In this document: positions 28,289 through 38,795 of the stretch, piece by piece
Layout of the letters: each line of letters starts with the position of its first letter
Position numbering within the stretch: position 1 is the stretch's first letter
Assembly (NCBI GenBank): GCA_018653365.1
Contig: JABIAG010000002.1
Location: forward strand, 42,614-106,613
DNA: 64,000 nt
Direction: 5' to 3'
Origin: Candidatus Woesearchaeota archaeon
Lineage (GTDB): Archaea; Nanobdellota; Nanobdellia; Woesearchaeales; JABIAG01
The notes under the pieces: generated by a model
The model's input: only the letters and a program-made list of their open reading frames with translations
What the model was told of the DNA's origin: nothing
Databases searched by the model: none
Program-made: the position numbers and the translations under genes

Positions 28289-29701
28289 TAATTTCTTTAG
28301 AATTTCCATTGCTTTTTTCCCGTCTACTTGTCCTTTGAATTTTGCCATTACCAACCCCATATAAGCTCCCGGATTCAAGCCAGGTTTTTCTTTTATGATT
28401 TCTGAAATTCCTTTTTCAAGATCTGCACTATCTGCTTTTTTAAATTTAGAATAGTCTACTTTTTTTCCTTCGCATTTCATTACTAGAACATCTTCTATTG
28501 CATCTTTTGATATTTCGTCTTTATCCAACTTTTCAAGTACTTCCATGAAGTCAGTTTCGTTTAGTTTTGAACTATCAATTCCTAATCTGGATTTGATATC
28601 TTTTGGAACATTGATTATGATATTTGCTATAACGTCTGCTTTTAGTTTGAATTTTTTAACATACTTGCTTAAGTCAATTTTTTGTTTTAATACTTCTTTA
28701 GCCATAACATCTGAAATTCCAAATTCTTTTTCTAATTTCAAACTTTTTTCTGTTAGTAATTCAGGTAGTTTAATTTTTTCAATGTCATCTTTAGTAATTC
28801 GTATGGGTAATATGTCTGTTTCTGGGTATAGTCTTGCCCCGCCCGGCATGGGCCTCATGAATGTTGTACTAAAGTCAGGATTTGCTTTTCTTACCTCTTT
28901 TTTAACCTCTTTATCTTCAGAAACTAGCTTTTGTTGTCGTTCTATTTCTTTTGCTATTACTTTGGGTATGCTTTTTAGATCTTGAAATCCTTTTACTTCT
29001 ACTCTATCTCCCTTTTTTATTGATACGTTAACGTCTTGTCTGATTGTTCCTATTCCTCTTTTTACTCTTTCTGTACTTCTTAGGATCATTCCTATTGCTG
29101 TTGCGGTTTCTTTTACGTGTTCTGGATCTTTTAGTGATGCATCCGTTGTTATTTCAAGTAAAGCAATTCCCAACCTATCTAATTTGTATTTTACTGTGGC
29201 ATCTGGACTCTTGAGTTTTTGGGCAGCCTCTTCTTCTAAAAATATTGTTGGTATGCCCACTTTTCCTTTTGATGTTTCAATCCATCCATTTTTTCCAATC
29301 AGCATTGTTCGTTGAAATCCTCCCACGTTTGAACCATCAACTACTGTTTTTCGCATTACCTGCAGTTCATCTACTACGTCTGCGTTTAATAGTTTACACA
29401 CCATTATTGCGGTATGTAGGTGATGTTCATTTGCATTGCGAGGGGGTTCTTCATCATAGTCTATTGCACAAGTATCTTCAGAATTTGAAACATAAACAAA
29501 TCTTTTTTCTTTTGCCATTTCGTGTGCTGCTGCGACATCTACCTCGCCAGTTTCTCCGACTACTGCTCTTAGTTGCCGTTCTGCTTTTAGGTCTGGTTTT
29601 TTGTCAGAATTGATTGCTGGACAGTTGCAGAATAGTTTTAATCCCTCTAATTGTTGATGAATTTCAATTCCTGCTTTGAATCCTATCTTGTTATAATCCA
29701 T
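28283..29701 (-). CDS. gatE: Glu-tRNA(Gln) amidotransferase subunit E, short form
   Basis: GIEIHQQL, RKTVVDGSN..GFQRT, GIGTIRQDVNVSI, RPMPGGARLYPETD. Confidence 0.93.
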   Translation of the reverse strand: MDYNKIGFKAGIEIHQQLEGLKLFCNCPAINSDKKPDLKAERQLRAVVGETGEVDVAAAHEMAKEKRFVYVSNSEDTCAIDYDEEPPRNANEHHLHTAIMVCKLLNADVVDELQVMRKTVVDGSNVGGFQRTMLIGKNGWIETSKGKVGIPTIFLEEEAAQKLKSPDATVKYKLDRLGIALLEITTDASLKDPEHVKETATAIGMILRSTERVKRGIGTIRQDVNVSIKKGDRVEVKGFQDLKSIPKVIAKEIERQQKLVSEDKEVKKEVRKANPDFSTTFMRPMPGGARLYPETDILPIRITKDDIEKIKLPELLTEKSLKLEKEFGISDVMAKEVLKQKIDLSKYVKKFKLKADVIANIIINVPKDIKSRLGIDSSKLNETDFMEVLEKLDKDEISKDAIEDVLVMKCEGKKVDYSKFKKADSADLEKGISEIIKEKPGLNPGAYMGLVMAKFKGQVDGKKAMEILKKLL

Positions 29702-29758
29702 GTTAATTATTAACTTTGTTTGTTTAATAAATGTTTTTAAAAAAAGAAAAATAAAAAA

Positions 29759-30547
29759 TTATTCAGAATTTTCAGTTGCTTCTTCTTCCTTGATTTCTTC
29801 TTCTACTTCTTCAAGGATTTCTTCAGCTTTCTCAAGATCATTGTCTTGAGCTGGTTCTTCACTTGCTTCTTCTGTTGGTGATTCTTCAACTGCTACTTCT
29901 TCTGCAACAGGTTCTTCAGCTACCTCTTCTGTTGGTGATTCTTCAATTGCTACTTCTTCTGCAACAGGTTCTTCAGTTGTTTCTTCTACTGGTGATTCTT
30001 CAACTGTAACTTCTTCAGGAGTAGGTACTTCTGGTTCTTCAGTTGCCCCTTCTTCTGTCACTTCTACCACCGCATCTCCTGTTGGGAATTCATCTTCAAC
30101 GGCTTCAGCGGTTTCTATTGGGTCGGTTACTTCTTTTGTAATTTCTTCAGCAGGAGCTTCTGCAACAGGTTCTTCTTCAGTTTGTTCTTTTACTTCTTCT
30201 GTAACTTCTTCAGCAGGTTCTTCTTCAGTTTGTTCTTTTACTTCTTCTGCAACCTCTTCAGCTGCTTCTTCGGCCTCAGTTACTTCTTCACTTGCGTCTT
30301 CAGCAGCTTCTTCATCTCCGCTTGGTATTTCTACTGCATCTGCAGCTTTTTCTTCTTCAGGAGCTTTATCTGGTGCATTTTCCATGTCTTGGATAGTTTG
30401 ATCTCTTTGTTTTTTTAGATCTTCTAATTGTGCTAGTTTGCTGGGGTTGATCTGATCTCTCATCTTATCCCATTCTAGTACTACAATTTTTTTGTCTAAT
30501 TCTTCTAATTGGGTTTTTAATTCTTGTTTTGTTTCCATGATTATCAC
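29759..30547 (-). CDS. Highly acidic low-complexity protein with internal repeats
   Basis: Coiled-coil N-terminus then 16-aa and 19-aa Glu-rich repeats. Confidence 0.8.
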   Translation of the reverse strand: MIIMETKQELKTQLEELDKKIVVLEWDKMRDQINPSKLAQLEDLKKQRDQTIQDMENAPDKAPEEEKAADAVEIPSGDEEAAEDASEEVTEAEEAAEEVAEEVKEQTEEEPAEEVTEEVKEQTEEEPVAEAPAEEITKEVTDPIETAEAVEDEFPTGDAVVEVTEEGATEEPEVPTPEEVTVEESPVEETTEEPVAEEVAIEESPTEEVAEEPVAEEVAVEESPTEEASEEPAQDNDLEKAEEILEEVEEEIKEEEATENSE

Positions 30548-30592
30548 CTGTATTTATTATAAAAAACGTCTGTGCGTATTTAAAGTTTAAGG

Positions 30593-31255
30593 TTATTCGG
30601 CATCTGCTTTGGTGCTTAGTAGTGCAAATATTGTAAACAGTACTGCAAACTCACAGTATACTGATGCAAATAATATGTTTAAAGAAGGGAGTATTACTAA
30701 AAACACAAGTGCTGGAACTAAACCAACTATTATGCCCGTTAGCAAATATTTTTCTATTTTTTTCTTTTTCTTATTTTTTTCTTTTGGGAGTCTCTGGATA
30801 AGTAAAAAAATAGTATACGCAATAAATGCAAAGTACTGAGCAAAATAGATTCCCACTAACCAGGTTTGGTTTGAAAGTATTGTGCTAATTTTGACAAACA
30901 TTCTTGTGCAGGTAGCAAACACTACAAATCCTGGATTTAACAGGGCATACAAAGAAAATAGGACGGGGGGAGTATACACTAATATTTGGCTGTGTCGTTT
31001 ACGCAAGTAACGTAAAACAAAATGTAATCCTATTGCAGGTAGAAAAGTATATGTGATAAATCCTGCTCTTGCCCATATGTGGGGAGTTCCAGTAGTGCAT
31101 ATAAGAAATTCAAATAATTGATACAAACCTAGTACGTATAGTAGTATTCCAAATCCAAGATTAGCCACACTTTTTTTTCTGAAGAATATAAGATAAGAAG
31201 CAACAACAAATTCGATTATGAATGTGGTTAATGAAATTATTGGTGTAAAACACAT
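30593..31255 (-). CDS. Membrane protein (about 7 TM)
   Basis: MCFTP..S N-terminus, hydrophobic segments. Confidence 0.75.
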   Translation of the reverse strand: MCFTPIISLTTFIIEFVVASYLIFFRKKSVANLGFGILLYVLGLYQLFEFLICTTGTPHIWARAGFITYTFLPAIGLHFVLRYLRKRHSQILVYTPPVLFSLYALLNPGFVVFATCTRMFVKISTILSNQTWLVGIYFAQYFAFIAYTIFLLIQRLPKEKNKKKKKIEKYLLTGIIVGLVPALVFLVILPSLNILFASVYCEFAVLFTIFALLSTKADAE

Positions 31256-31259
31256 GTTA

Positions 31260-32267
31260 TCAGCCTATTCGGTTTACGCATTTTTTTCCTGCAAAACATT
31301 TTAAGTTATTAATTGTGGTATCTAATATTCTTATTATTGCTTCTTTGGAATTGAATGCGTTGTGTGGTGTTATTATTACATTTTTTTGTTCGGTTAAAAT
31401 ATGTTCTTCTAGTATTAACTTAATATCTTTTTCTTGTGTTTCTAGGTATTTTTGTGAAAGTAATACTGATTCTTCGGGAATAAAGGTTTCATTTTCTAAT
31501 ACATCTAGTGCTACGCCTGATAAAATATTCTTTTTCAAACCGGATAATAATGCGGATGTTTCGATCACTTTTCCTCTGGATGTGTTAATAATGTAGCTTC
31601 CCTTCTTCATATATTTAATATTACTGATATTAATTAAGTGATGGGTGTGTTCGTTTAGAGGAACATGAAATGTTAGTATGTCTGCATTTCGTAAGATGTG
31701 ATCAAAGCTTTTGTAAGTTACTCCAAACTTTTTTGCAAATTTCTTATCTTGATGCAAATCAAATGCGATTATGTTCATCTCAAACCCGTATGCGATTCGT
31801 GCTACGTGTTTTCCAATGTTTCCCAACCCAATTATTCCTATGGTTTTGTCTTTTAGGTCAAATCCTCTTATTCCTTCTAGGTCAAAGTGTCCCATTCTAA
31901 CCTTATTAACTGATTTGGGTATTTTACGAGAAAGTGCCAAAAGTAAAGCAAACGTGTGTTCTGCTACCGTGTTCTCACCATATGTTGGAACGTTTAGTAC
32001 AGGAATGTTTCTTTTTTTACATTCTGCTACATCAATATGGTCATAGCCTGTTGATCGTGTTGAAATAACTTTTAGTTTTGGTAACAGGTCTAGTAGTTCT
32101 TTTCGTACTTTTGAATATACAAATACGCTTAGGCCTTCATAATTTTTTATTTTCTTTGCTGCGTTAGTGGTTAAATGTCCTGAAAAGAACTTTAAAGTGT
32201 GTTTTTTCATTTCTTTTTTCAAATACTCTTTTTCCCAGGGTTCCACATCAAAGAATGCTATTTTCAT
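31260..32267 (-). CDS. D-2-hydroxyacid (D-lactate) dehydrogenase
   Basis: RSTGYDHID, VAEH, GLGNIG, INTSRG, LDVLE, TPHNAF. Confidence 0.92.
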   Translation of the reverse strand: MKIAFFDVEPWEKEYLKKEMKKHTLKFFSGHLTTNAAKKIKNYEGLSVFVYSKVRKELLDLLPKLKVISTRSTGYDHIDVAECKKRNIPVLNVPTYGENTVAEHTFALLLALSRKIPKSVNKVRMGHFDLEGIRGFDLKDKTIGIIGLGNIGKHVARIAYGFEMNIIAFDLHQDKKFAKKFGVTYKSFDHILRNADILTFHVPLNEHTHHLINISNIKYMKKGSYIINTSRGKVIETSALLSGLKKNILSGVALDVLENETFIPEESVLLSQKYLETQEKDIKLILEEHILTEQKNVIITPHNAFNSKEAIIRILDTTINNLKCFAGKKCVNRIG

Positions 32268-32325
32268 CTTAATATGCTTTAACAAAAAACTAGTATTTAT
32301 ATATTTCCTTTTTATTCATGAAACT

Positions 32326-32856
32326 ATGAAGATTACTATTGCTGGAACTCCTGGAAGTGGTAAGTCTACCGTGGGCAAACTACTCGCTAAACAACTTAAT
32401 TATAGTTATTATGATGTTGGCGGGTTAAGAAGGGAGATTGCTAGGAAAAGAGGAATTACTATTGAACAACTGAATGTTATTGGTGAAACTGAGTCCTGGA
32501 CTGATACTGAGGTTGATAATTCTATCAAAGAAATGGGCAAGAAACAGGATGATATTGTTGTGGTGGGTAGGACTGCGTTTCATTTTATTCCTGATTCATT
32601 AAAAGTTTTTTTAGAGTGTGATTTAGAGGCTGGTGCAAAAAGAATTTTCAAAGGAAAGAAACGTGCTACTGAGAATTATTACTCATTACAATCAGCAATT
32701 AAAAAGTTGAAAGAAAGAATAGATTCTGATAAGGCACGTTATAAAAAATATTACAATTTAGATCCTTATAATAAAACAAATTTTGATCTCATGATTGATT
32801 CTACTAATCTAACTATTAAAGAAGTGATGAATAAGATTCTTGATTTCATTGAGTAA
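32326..32856 (+). CDS. cmk: Cytidylate kinase (archaeal type)
   Basis: MKITIAGTPGSGKST, RYKKYY, IDST. Confidence 0.88.
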   Translation: MKITIAGTPGSGKSTVGKLLAKQLNYSYYDVGGLRREIARKRGITIEQLNVIGETESWTDTEVDNSIKEMGKKQDDIVVVGRTAFHFIPDSLKVFLECDLEAGAKRIFKGKKRATENYYSLQSAIKKLKERIDSDKARYKKYYNLDPYNKTNFDLMIDSTNLTIKEVMNKILDFIE

Positions 32857-32880
32857 AAAAAGAAAAAAATAATGTTTTTT

Positions 32881-33501
32881 TTATTTTGCGTGGAATAGAT
32901 AAGATTGAGCGGTCTCATGTTCTCGAGGCAAGATTTCCGTTGTAACCCTTTTAATCTCACGAGCCATTGCAGCATGTATTGCTTCTACTGCTTCTACTTC
33001 TTCATCGCCTAACGAGTCCTTATTCGTTCTTGCATATTTAAGTGTCTGATCACTTACTGTTTGCAGCATTCTCCAACCTGCCGCTTCTGCTCGAAGGGTA
33101 TCTTCTATTTCTTTAACGCCGTCTTTTATTCCGTCTTTCGAAATAGTTTTTCTCATAATTTTTGTAAGTAATCGCATTTTTAAGCTATTTCTTCTGGTTT
33201 TTAAGTCTTCTATTGTTTCATAAACTTTACTTAGCCAGTGTCTGATATTTTTGTATTCTTCAGCTTTTGCCGCTGCACTTTTTTTAATTTCAAGAGGTTC
33301 ACTTTGGACTGGGACTTCTTTTCTGGTTCCATTCATTACTGGTTTATAGTCTTTAGCAGTTGCTTTTGCTCCCCCTAATACACTTAATAACAGTGCAGCA
33401 ATTCCAATTTGTAATGCACGATTGTGAGATTTAGAAACACGTTTAAGTTCATCTTTTACTTTTCTTGCAATTCTTTTAAAATTCATTTGATTTTCCTCCA
33501 A
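32881..33501 (-). CDS. Hypothetical membrane-anchored or secreted protein
   Basis: Hydrophobic segment near the N-terminus. Confidence 0.65.
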   Translation of the reverse strand: MEENQMNFKRIARKVKDELKRVSKSHNRALQIGIAALLLSVLGGAKATAKDYKPVMNGTRKEVPVQSEPLEIKKSAAAKAEEYKNIRHWLSKVYETIEDLKTRRNSLKMRLLTKIMRKTISKDGIKDGVKEIEDTLRAEAAGWRMLQTVSDQTLKYARTNKDSLGDEEVEAVEAIHAAMAREIKRVTTEILPREHETAQSYLFHAK

Positions 33502-33574
33502 GTAATGTATGTTTGTTTTTTGGTGTTAACATATTTAAATACTTCGTTTTTAAAAATTGTATTTCTGGATTAGT

Positions 33575-33632
33575 AAACTTTATACAACGTCACTCTGTTC
33601 CGAGCATAAAGTTTTCTTTGAAAAACTTTATA
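33575..33632 (-). mobile_element. Type B mini-insert between duplicated AAACTTTATA
   Basis: Reverse complement of 33583-33607 matches 62866-62890 at 20/25; 10-bp repeats at 33575 and 33623. Confidence 0.7.
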
Positions 33633-33656
33633 AAAGACCCTATTTCTACAATTATC

Positions 33657-34283
33657 ATGACACATAAATTTATTGAAGTGGAATATACGGGTAAACTTAC
33701 TGATGGTACGGTGTTTGACACTACTGATGAAAAGACGGCTAAAGAGAATAATCTTCATGATCCTAAACTTTCTTATGGTCCTCTAACTATTTGCATGGGT
33801 GAGGGACATCTTATCAAGGGTTTAGAAGAACAAATCAGGGATAAGGGAACTGGATCTTACACAATAGAACTTGAATCAGAAAAAGCTTTTGGAAAACGTG
33901 ATGCTAAACTTATTCAACTTGTTCCGTTAAAGAAGTTTACAGAACAAAATATTAAACCCTTTCCTGGATTACAATTAAACGTGGATAATGCTATGGCAAC
34001 TGTTAAGACTGTTTCTGGTGGACGGTGTATGGTTGATTTTAATCATCCTTTGGCAGGTAAAGACATCGTTTATGACATAAAGATAAACAAAGAAGTGACT
34101 GATGATCTCGAAAAAGTTAAAGGCTTATTAGAAGTTGAGATGAGAGCAAAGCCTAAAGTGGATCTTAAAGAGGACACAATAACAATCAAAGGCATAAAGA
34201 AAGAGGCTCAAGAACTTGTTAAAAAGAGGCTTTCTGAATTTGTAGACAAGAAAATAGTGTTTGAAGAAGATAAAAGTTCTTAA
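33657..34283 (+). CDS. Long archaeal FKBP-type PPIase
   Basis: VEYTG...FDTT, LIKGLE, VDFNHPLAGK. Confidence 0.92.
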   Translation: MTHKFIEVEYTGKLTDGTVFDTTDEKTAKENNLHDPKLSYGPLTICMGEGHLIKGLEEQIRDKGTGSYTIELESEKAFGKRDAKLIQLVPLKKFTEQNIKPFPGLQLNVDNAMATVKTVSGGRCMVDFNHPLAGKDIVYDIKINKEVTDDLEKVKGLLEVEMRAKPKVDLKEDTITIKGIKKEAQELVKKRLSEFVDKKIVFEEDKSS

Positions 34284-34319
34284 ATAAACTATCCGAGTAT
34301 TTACTAGGAGAGAAATTAA

Positions 34320-35468
34320 ATGGATCAAGAAGAACCGGTTATTCAATCAGAACAAGAACAACCTGAGCAGCAGCCCGAGGAGGGTGTTGAAAATTTTGCT
34401 GAAGTAGCAGAACAGTATTCTTCTAATAGATTAGATGAAGAACTAGAAAAAGTTTTAGCTACTCATAAAGCTACCATTAAAGTTATTGGTTCTGGTGGTG
34501 GTGGAAACAACACTATTAATAGACTTACAGAAGTAGGTATTACTGGTTGTGAAACTATTGCTATTAACACTGATGCTCAAGATTTACTTTATACTAGTGC
34601 TGATAAGAAAATTCTTATTGGACGTGAAACCACTAAAGGTCTTGGTGCAGGTTCTATGCCTAAATTAGGTGAAGAAGCTGCAAAAGAATCTGAACATGAA
34701 ATAAGAAAAGCATTAGATGGTGCAGATCTTGTTTTTGTTACTTGCGGAATGGGTGGTGGAACAGGTACTGGGTCCGTTCCTGTTGTTGCAGACATCGCTA
34801 AAAAGATGAAAGCATTAACCGTTGCAATTGTTACCATGCCTTTCACAATGGAAGGTCAAAAAAGGTATGAAAACGCAATTCAGGGATTAGAACGTCTTGA
34901 GGGTATTGTCGATACTCTTATTGTAATTCCGAATGATAAACTTATTGAATTAGCTCCTGATCTTCCTTTACATACTGCTTTCAAAGTTTCTGATGAAATT
35001 TTAACCAATTCAGTTAAGGGAATTGCAGAGCTTGTTACGAGAGCAGGATTAGTAAACTTAGATTTTGCTGATATTCGTACTGTTATGGGTGATGGTGGAG
35101 TTGCTTTAATTGGGGTTGGTGAGGCGGATTCTGATAATCGTGCTCAGGAAGCTGTTGAGAAAGCTATTAATAATCCTTTGTTAGATGTTGATGTTTCTGG
35201 TGCAACTGGTGCATTAATTAATGTTTCTGGGGGTCAATCTATGACTTTGGAAGAAGCACGTCAAGTTATTGCTACTGTTTCTGATCGTTTGGATCAGGAT
35301 GCAAGAGTTATTTGGGGCGCGCAAATTTCTGAAGATCTTAAGAACACACTTAGAGTTTTATTAATCATTACTGGAGTTAAGTCTTCGCAAATATTTGGTT
35401 CTGAAAGAACTCGTACGCAGGTAAATCAGGATGAAATAGAGGGCGATTTAGGCATCGATTTTATTTAA
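34320..35468 (+). CDS. ftsZ: Cell division protein FtsZ
   Basis: [23 protein letters not shown]. Confidence 0.98.
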   Translation: MDQEEPVIQSEQEQPEQQPEEGVENFAEVAEQYSSNRLDEELEKVLATHKATIKVIGSGGGGNNTINRLTEVGITGCETIAINTDAQDLLYTSADKKILIGRETTKGLGAGSMPKLGEEAAKESEHEIRKALDGADLVFVTCGMGGGTGTGSVPVVADIAKKMKALTVAIVTMPFTMEGQKRYENAIQGLERLEGIVDTLIVIPNDKLIELAPDLPLHTAFKVSDEILTNSVKGIAELVTRAGLVNLDFADIRTVMGDGGVALIGVGEADSDNRAQEAVEKAINNPLLDVDVSGATGALINVSGGQSMTLEEARQVIATVSDRLDQDARVIWGAQISEDLKNTLRVLLIITGVKSSQIFGSERTRTQVNQDEIEGDLGIDFI

Positions 35469-35512
35469 AAAACCGCAACCTTTTTAAGTTAACTCTTTCT
35501 TTTTATTTAAAT

Positions 35513-35707
35513 ATGGATCATCAATATAAGCGTAGTTTATGGACTAAAATCAAAAGCTTTTTAATTGAAAGTAAAAGAGTCCTTAAAATTACAAAGAAGC
35601 CTTCCCAAGAAGAGTTTAAAACCATTGTTAAAATGTCTGGTTTAGGGATTTTAATTATTGGGGTGATTGGTTTCGTTATTCAAATCATTGCGACGTTAAT
35701 AAAATGA
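35513..35707 (+). CDS. secE: Translocase subunit SecE / Sec61-gamma
   Basis: RVLKITKKPSQEEF plus TM; ftsZ-secE-spt5 synteny. Confidence 0.92.
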   Translation: MDHQYKRSLWTKIKSFLIESKRVLKITKKPSQEEFKTIVKMSGLGILIIGVIGFVIQIIATLIK

Positions 35708-36171
35708 AAAAAATAAACACTAAAATATTTGCTTTAAGAACTACTGCAAGTAGAGAGGATCAGGTACTAGATTTTGTTTCTGCTAAAGCTGAAAAGGAAA
35801 AGTTAGCAGTTTATTCAGTTATTAGACCGCATGGTATGAAAGGTTATATTTTTATGGAAGCTGAAGATAGACAAGCTGCTGAACATGCTGCTTTTAATGT
35901 TAGTTATGCTAAGGGAATTCTTCCTAACGAAGTTGATTATAACGAAATTGAACACATGCTTGCCCAAGTTAAAAGAGAGTATAATATCAAACAAGGGGAT
36001 GTTTGTGAGATTGTTTCTGGTCCGTTTAAGAGAGAACAGGCTAAAATTACTAGAGTTGATGCTGTTAAAGAAGAGGTTGTTGTAGAATTATTAGAGTCTG
36101 CAGTTCCAATTCCAATAACTGTAAAGATGGATGCAGTTAAGGTTGTTCGTAGAGATAAGGATGATGAATAA
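35704..36171 (+). CDS. spt5: Transcription elongation factor Spt5
   Basis: NGN domain and KOW motif SGPFK. Confidence 0.95.
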   Translation: MKKINTKIFALRTTASREDQVLDFVSAKAEKEKLAVYSVIRPHGMKGYIFMEAEDRQAAEHAAFNVSYAKGILPNEVDYNEIEHMLAQVKREYNIKQGDVCEIVSGPFKREQAKITRVDAVKEEVVVELLESAVPIPITVKMDAVKVVRRDKDDE

Positions 36172-36261
36172 TAACATCTATTGGAAATCAGTTTGTTTTC
36201 TTTATTCTGAGCATAAATTTTCTTAGAAAACTTTATAAACGCTCTATAAATTCTTATAATT

Positions 36262-37023
36262 ATGGGAACTGAAACTATAGAACAACTTGTACAGGGTGGT
36301 AAAGCTACTGCTGCACCGCCGCTAGGTCCTGCTTTAGGTCCAATGGGTGTTAATATAGGTGAAGTTATAGCTAAAATAAATGAGAAAACTGCTTCCTTCA
36401 ATGGTATGCAAGTTCCTGTTTCTATTATTGTTGATACTGATACTAAAGCTTTTGAGATTGAGGTGGGAACACCGCCTGCGTCTGCATTAATTAAATCTGA
36501 AGCTAAAATTAGTAAGGGTTCTAGTAGTTCTGCTTCTGATAAGGTTGCTGATTTAAAGATTGAACAGACGATTAAAATTGCTAAAATGAAAGAGTCGGGT
36601 CTTTTAGGTAAAACTTTGAAAGAGAAAGTTAAAGAGATTATTGGTACGTGTGTTTCTATGGGTGTTATGGTTGAGGGTGTTGATGCAAAGGATGCTATTG
36701 CCCTAGTTAATGAGGGTAAATTTGATCAAGAAATCAAAGATGAAAAAACTGAATTGTCTGCTGAAGAGTTAAAAGAGCAAGAAGCGGAAAGACAAAAATT
36801 ACAAGCCGAAATTAAAGAAAGACATGCTGAGTTTGAAGCAAGAGTTAAAGCGATTGTTGCAGAAATGCCAGGTCAAACCGCTTCTGAGATCAAGAAAAGA
36901 ATGCAGGAAGAAGAGATTCCTGAAGAAATCTTCAAAGAATTCTTACCTAAAGAGGAAGCTGCTGCAGAAGGCGCTGAGGGTGCTAAAGAAGGAGAAGCAC
37001 CTAAAGAAGAAGAGAAGAAATAG
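36262..37023 (+). CDS. rpl11: Ribosomal protein uL11 with long acidic C-terminal extension
   Basis: GGKATAAPPLGPALG, GTCVSMGV. Confidence 0.95.
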   Translation: MGTETIEQLVQGGKATAAPPLGPALGPMGVNIGEVIAKINEKTASFNGMQVPVSIIVDTDTKAFEIEVGTPPASALIKSEAKISKGSSSSASDKVADLKIEQTIKIAKMKESGLLGKTLKEKVKEIIGTCVSMGVMVEGVDAKDAIALVNEGKFDQEIKDEKTELSAEELKEQEAERQKLQAEIKERHAEFEARVKAIVAEMPGQTASEIKKRMQEEEIPEEIFKEFLPKEEAAAEGAEGAKEGEAPKEEEKK

Positions 37024-37026
37024 TAA

Positions 37027-37782
37027 CTACCACATACTTTTTGATTTTTTATATTTTATATTCATTTCATCTAATAAATTAACAATGCGTTCTTTTTCTT
37101 GTCCTAACCCTTTCCAGTCTAGTGCCACTAGTGATGGTTTTGGAATTGTTTTTTCTATTGCCTGAGTAATCATTTCTGAATCCAGATTTGCTAGAGCATA
37201 TTTTGGACAGATGTGTCCAACTGCATATTCTGTTCTTTCCATTATTTTATTTGCTGCACTATTATAATGTCCACCACCCAACAACACACAACTCTTTCCG
37301 GATAATTTTTTTACAAATACTTTTTTAATGCAGTCTGCGATTATTTTTCCGTATCGTTTATCTGTCCACTCTTTTTCGCTGCTTCCTATTTCTACAAACA
37401 TGCAGGCATTTCCAACGCTTGGTCCGTGATGTGTTACTTCTAAGGTTACATCACCCTCAAACTCTTCTGAATATTTTTTTAACTCTAAATAGAACTCTTT
37501 CAAGTATAATGCGGGTGCAATTCCCAACTCTCCTTCTTTCCCCCCTAATTCTGCTCTTCCCCAGTTTCCTTGGGTGTGGCAGGTTAACGAGGCCTGTCTA
37601 GACTCACTTTGGTGACGCGTAGCAAACACAATCAAATCTGCTTCTACCTCTTCATCAATATTTTCACACTCTATGCTATCTTTATCTACTTCATGTAAGA
37701 ACATATTTGAAGGTAATTCTGTAAGAAACTCTTTAATATTCTGTGATGCTTTCTTATTAGTTATTATTATTGCTACTTTCAT
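37027..37782 (-). CDS. dtdA: D-aminoacyl-tRNA deacylase (DTD2)
   Basis: TRH, HTQGNW, EVTHHGP, EIGS, GGGHY. Confidence 0.92.
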   Translation of the reverse strand: MKVAIIITNKKASQNIKEFLTELPSNMFLHEVDKDSIECENIDEEVEADLIVFATRHQSESRQASLTCHTQGNWGRAELGGKEGELGIAPALYLKEFYLELKKYSEEFEGDVTLEVTHHGPSVGNACMFVEIGSSEKEWTDKRYGKIIADCIKKVFVKKLSGKSCVLLGGGHYNSAANKIMERTEYAVGHICPKYALANLDSEMITQAIEKTIPKPSLVALDWKGLGQEKERIVNLLDEMNIKYKKSKSMW

Positions 37783-37882
37783 TTTGTTTATTTAATTTGG
37801 TTGTGTTTAAATAACTTTTCTGTTTCTGTTGTATGTCTCACTACTACACACTTTCTTATACTTGCTTAATCAGTTTAGTTTT

Positions 37883-38794
37883 ATGAAACATGTTATTGAA
37901 TCTCAACAGTTTGACAAAGAGACTCTTATTGAAATATTCAACAAAGCCGAAGAATTAAGAACTGCTTCTTCTAATATTTTAACTGGAAAAGTTTTAGCAA
38001 CTCTTTTTTACGAACCCAGTACGCGGACTAGACTTAGTTTTGAGTCTGCAATGTTGAAATTAGGGGGTGATGTTATTGGAACAGAGAACGCAAGTGAGTT
38101 TTCTTCTGCTGTCAAAGGAGAGTCATTACAGGACACAATTCGAATTGTTTCTTCTTATGTTGATGTGATTGTTTTAAGACATTTTGAGACAGGTTCGGCC
38201 AAGGTTGCTTCTGAAGTTAGTTCAGTTCCAGTTATTAATGCGGGGGATGGTTCTGGGCAACATCCCACTCAAGCAATATTGGATTTGTACACTATTTGGA
38301 GAGAGCAAGGTGGATTGGATAATTTAACTATATTAATGGTTGGAGACTTGAAGTATGGCAGAACAGTTAGCTCTCTTTGCTATTTATTAGGTAAATTCAA
38401 AGATAACAAGATCATTTTTATCTCCCCTTCAAACTTAAAAATAAAGTCTGGAATAAAAGAGTACTTGGAAAAACACGATACTAATTTTGAAGAAAGTTCT
38501 GAATTAAACCCTCATTTACAAATTGCAGATGTTATTTACTTGACAAGAATTCAAAAAGAAAGAATGTCTGAAGAAGAATACAATAATGCAAAAGGATTGT
38601 ATGGTATTAACCAAGACAATTTCCATTTATTGAAAGAGAGCGCGAGATTAATGCACCCTCTTCCTCATATTGAAGAAATATGTCTTCCATTGGCTGTTGA
38701 GGGTTCTGATAAGCGAGTAGCGTATTTTAGGCAAGCAGAGAATGGTTTGTATGTACGAATGGCTTTGTTGTTGCGTTTGTTAAGTTCTAGTTGA
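37883..38794 (+). CDS. pyrB: Aspartate carbamoyltransferase catalytic subunit
   Basis: FYEPSTRTRLSFE, HPTQ, TRIQKER, HPLP. Confidence 0.96.
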   Translation: MKHVIESQQFDKETLIEIFNKAEELRTASSNILTGKVLATLFYEPSTRTRLSFESAMLKLGGDVIGTENASEFSSAVKGESLQDTIRIVSSYVDVIVLRHFETGSAKVASEVSSVPVINAGDGSGQHPTQAILDLYTIWREQGGLDNLTILMVGDLKYGRTVSSLCYLLGKFKDNKIIFISPSNLKIKSGIKEYLEKHDTNFEESSELNPHLQIADVIYLTRIQKERMSEEEYNNAKGLYGINQDNFHLLKESARLMHPLPHIEEICLPLAVEGSDKRVAYFRQAENGLYVRMALLLRLLSSS

Positions 38795-38795
38795 A

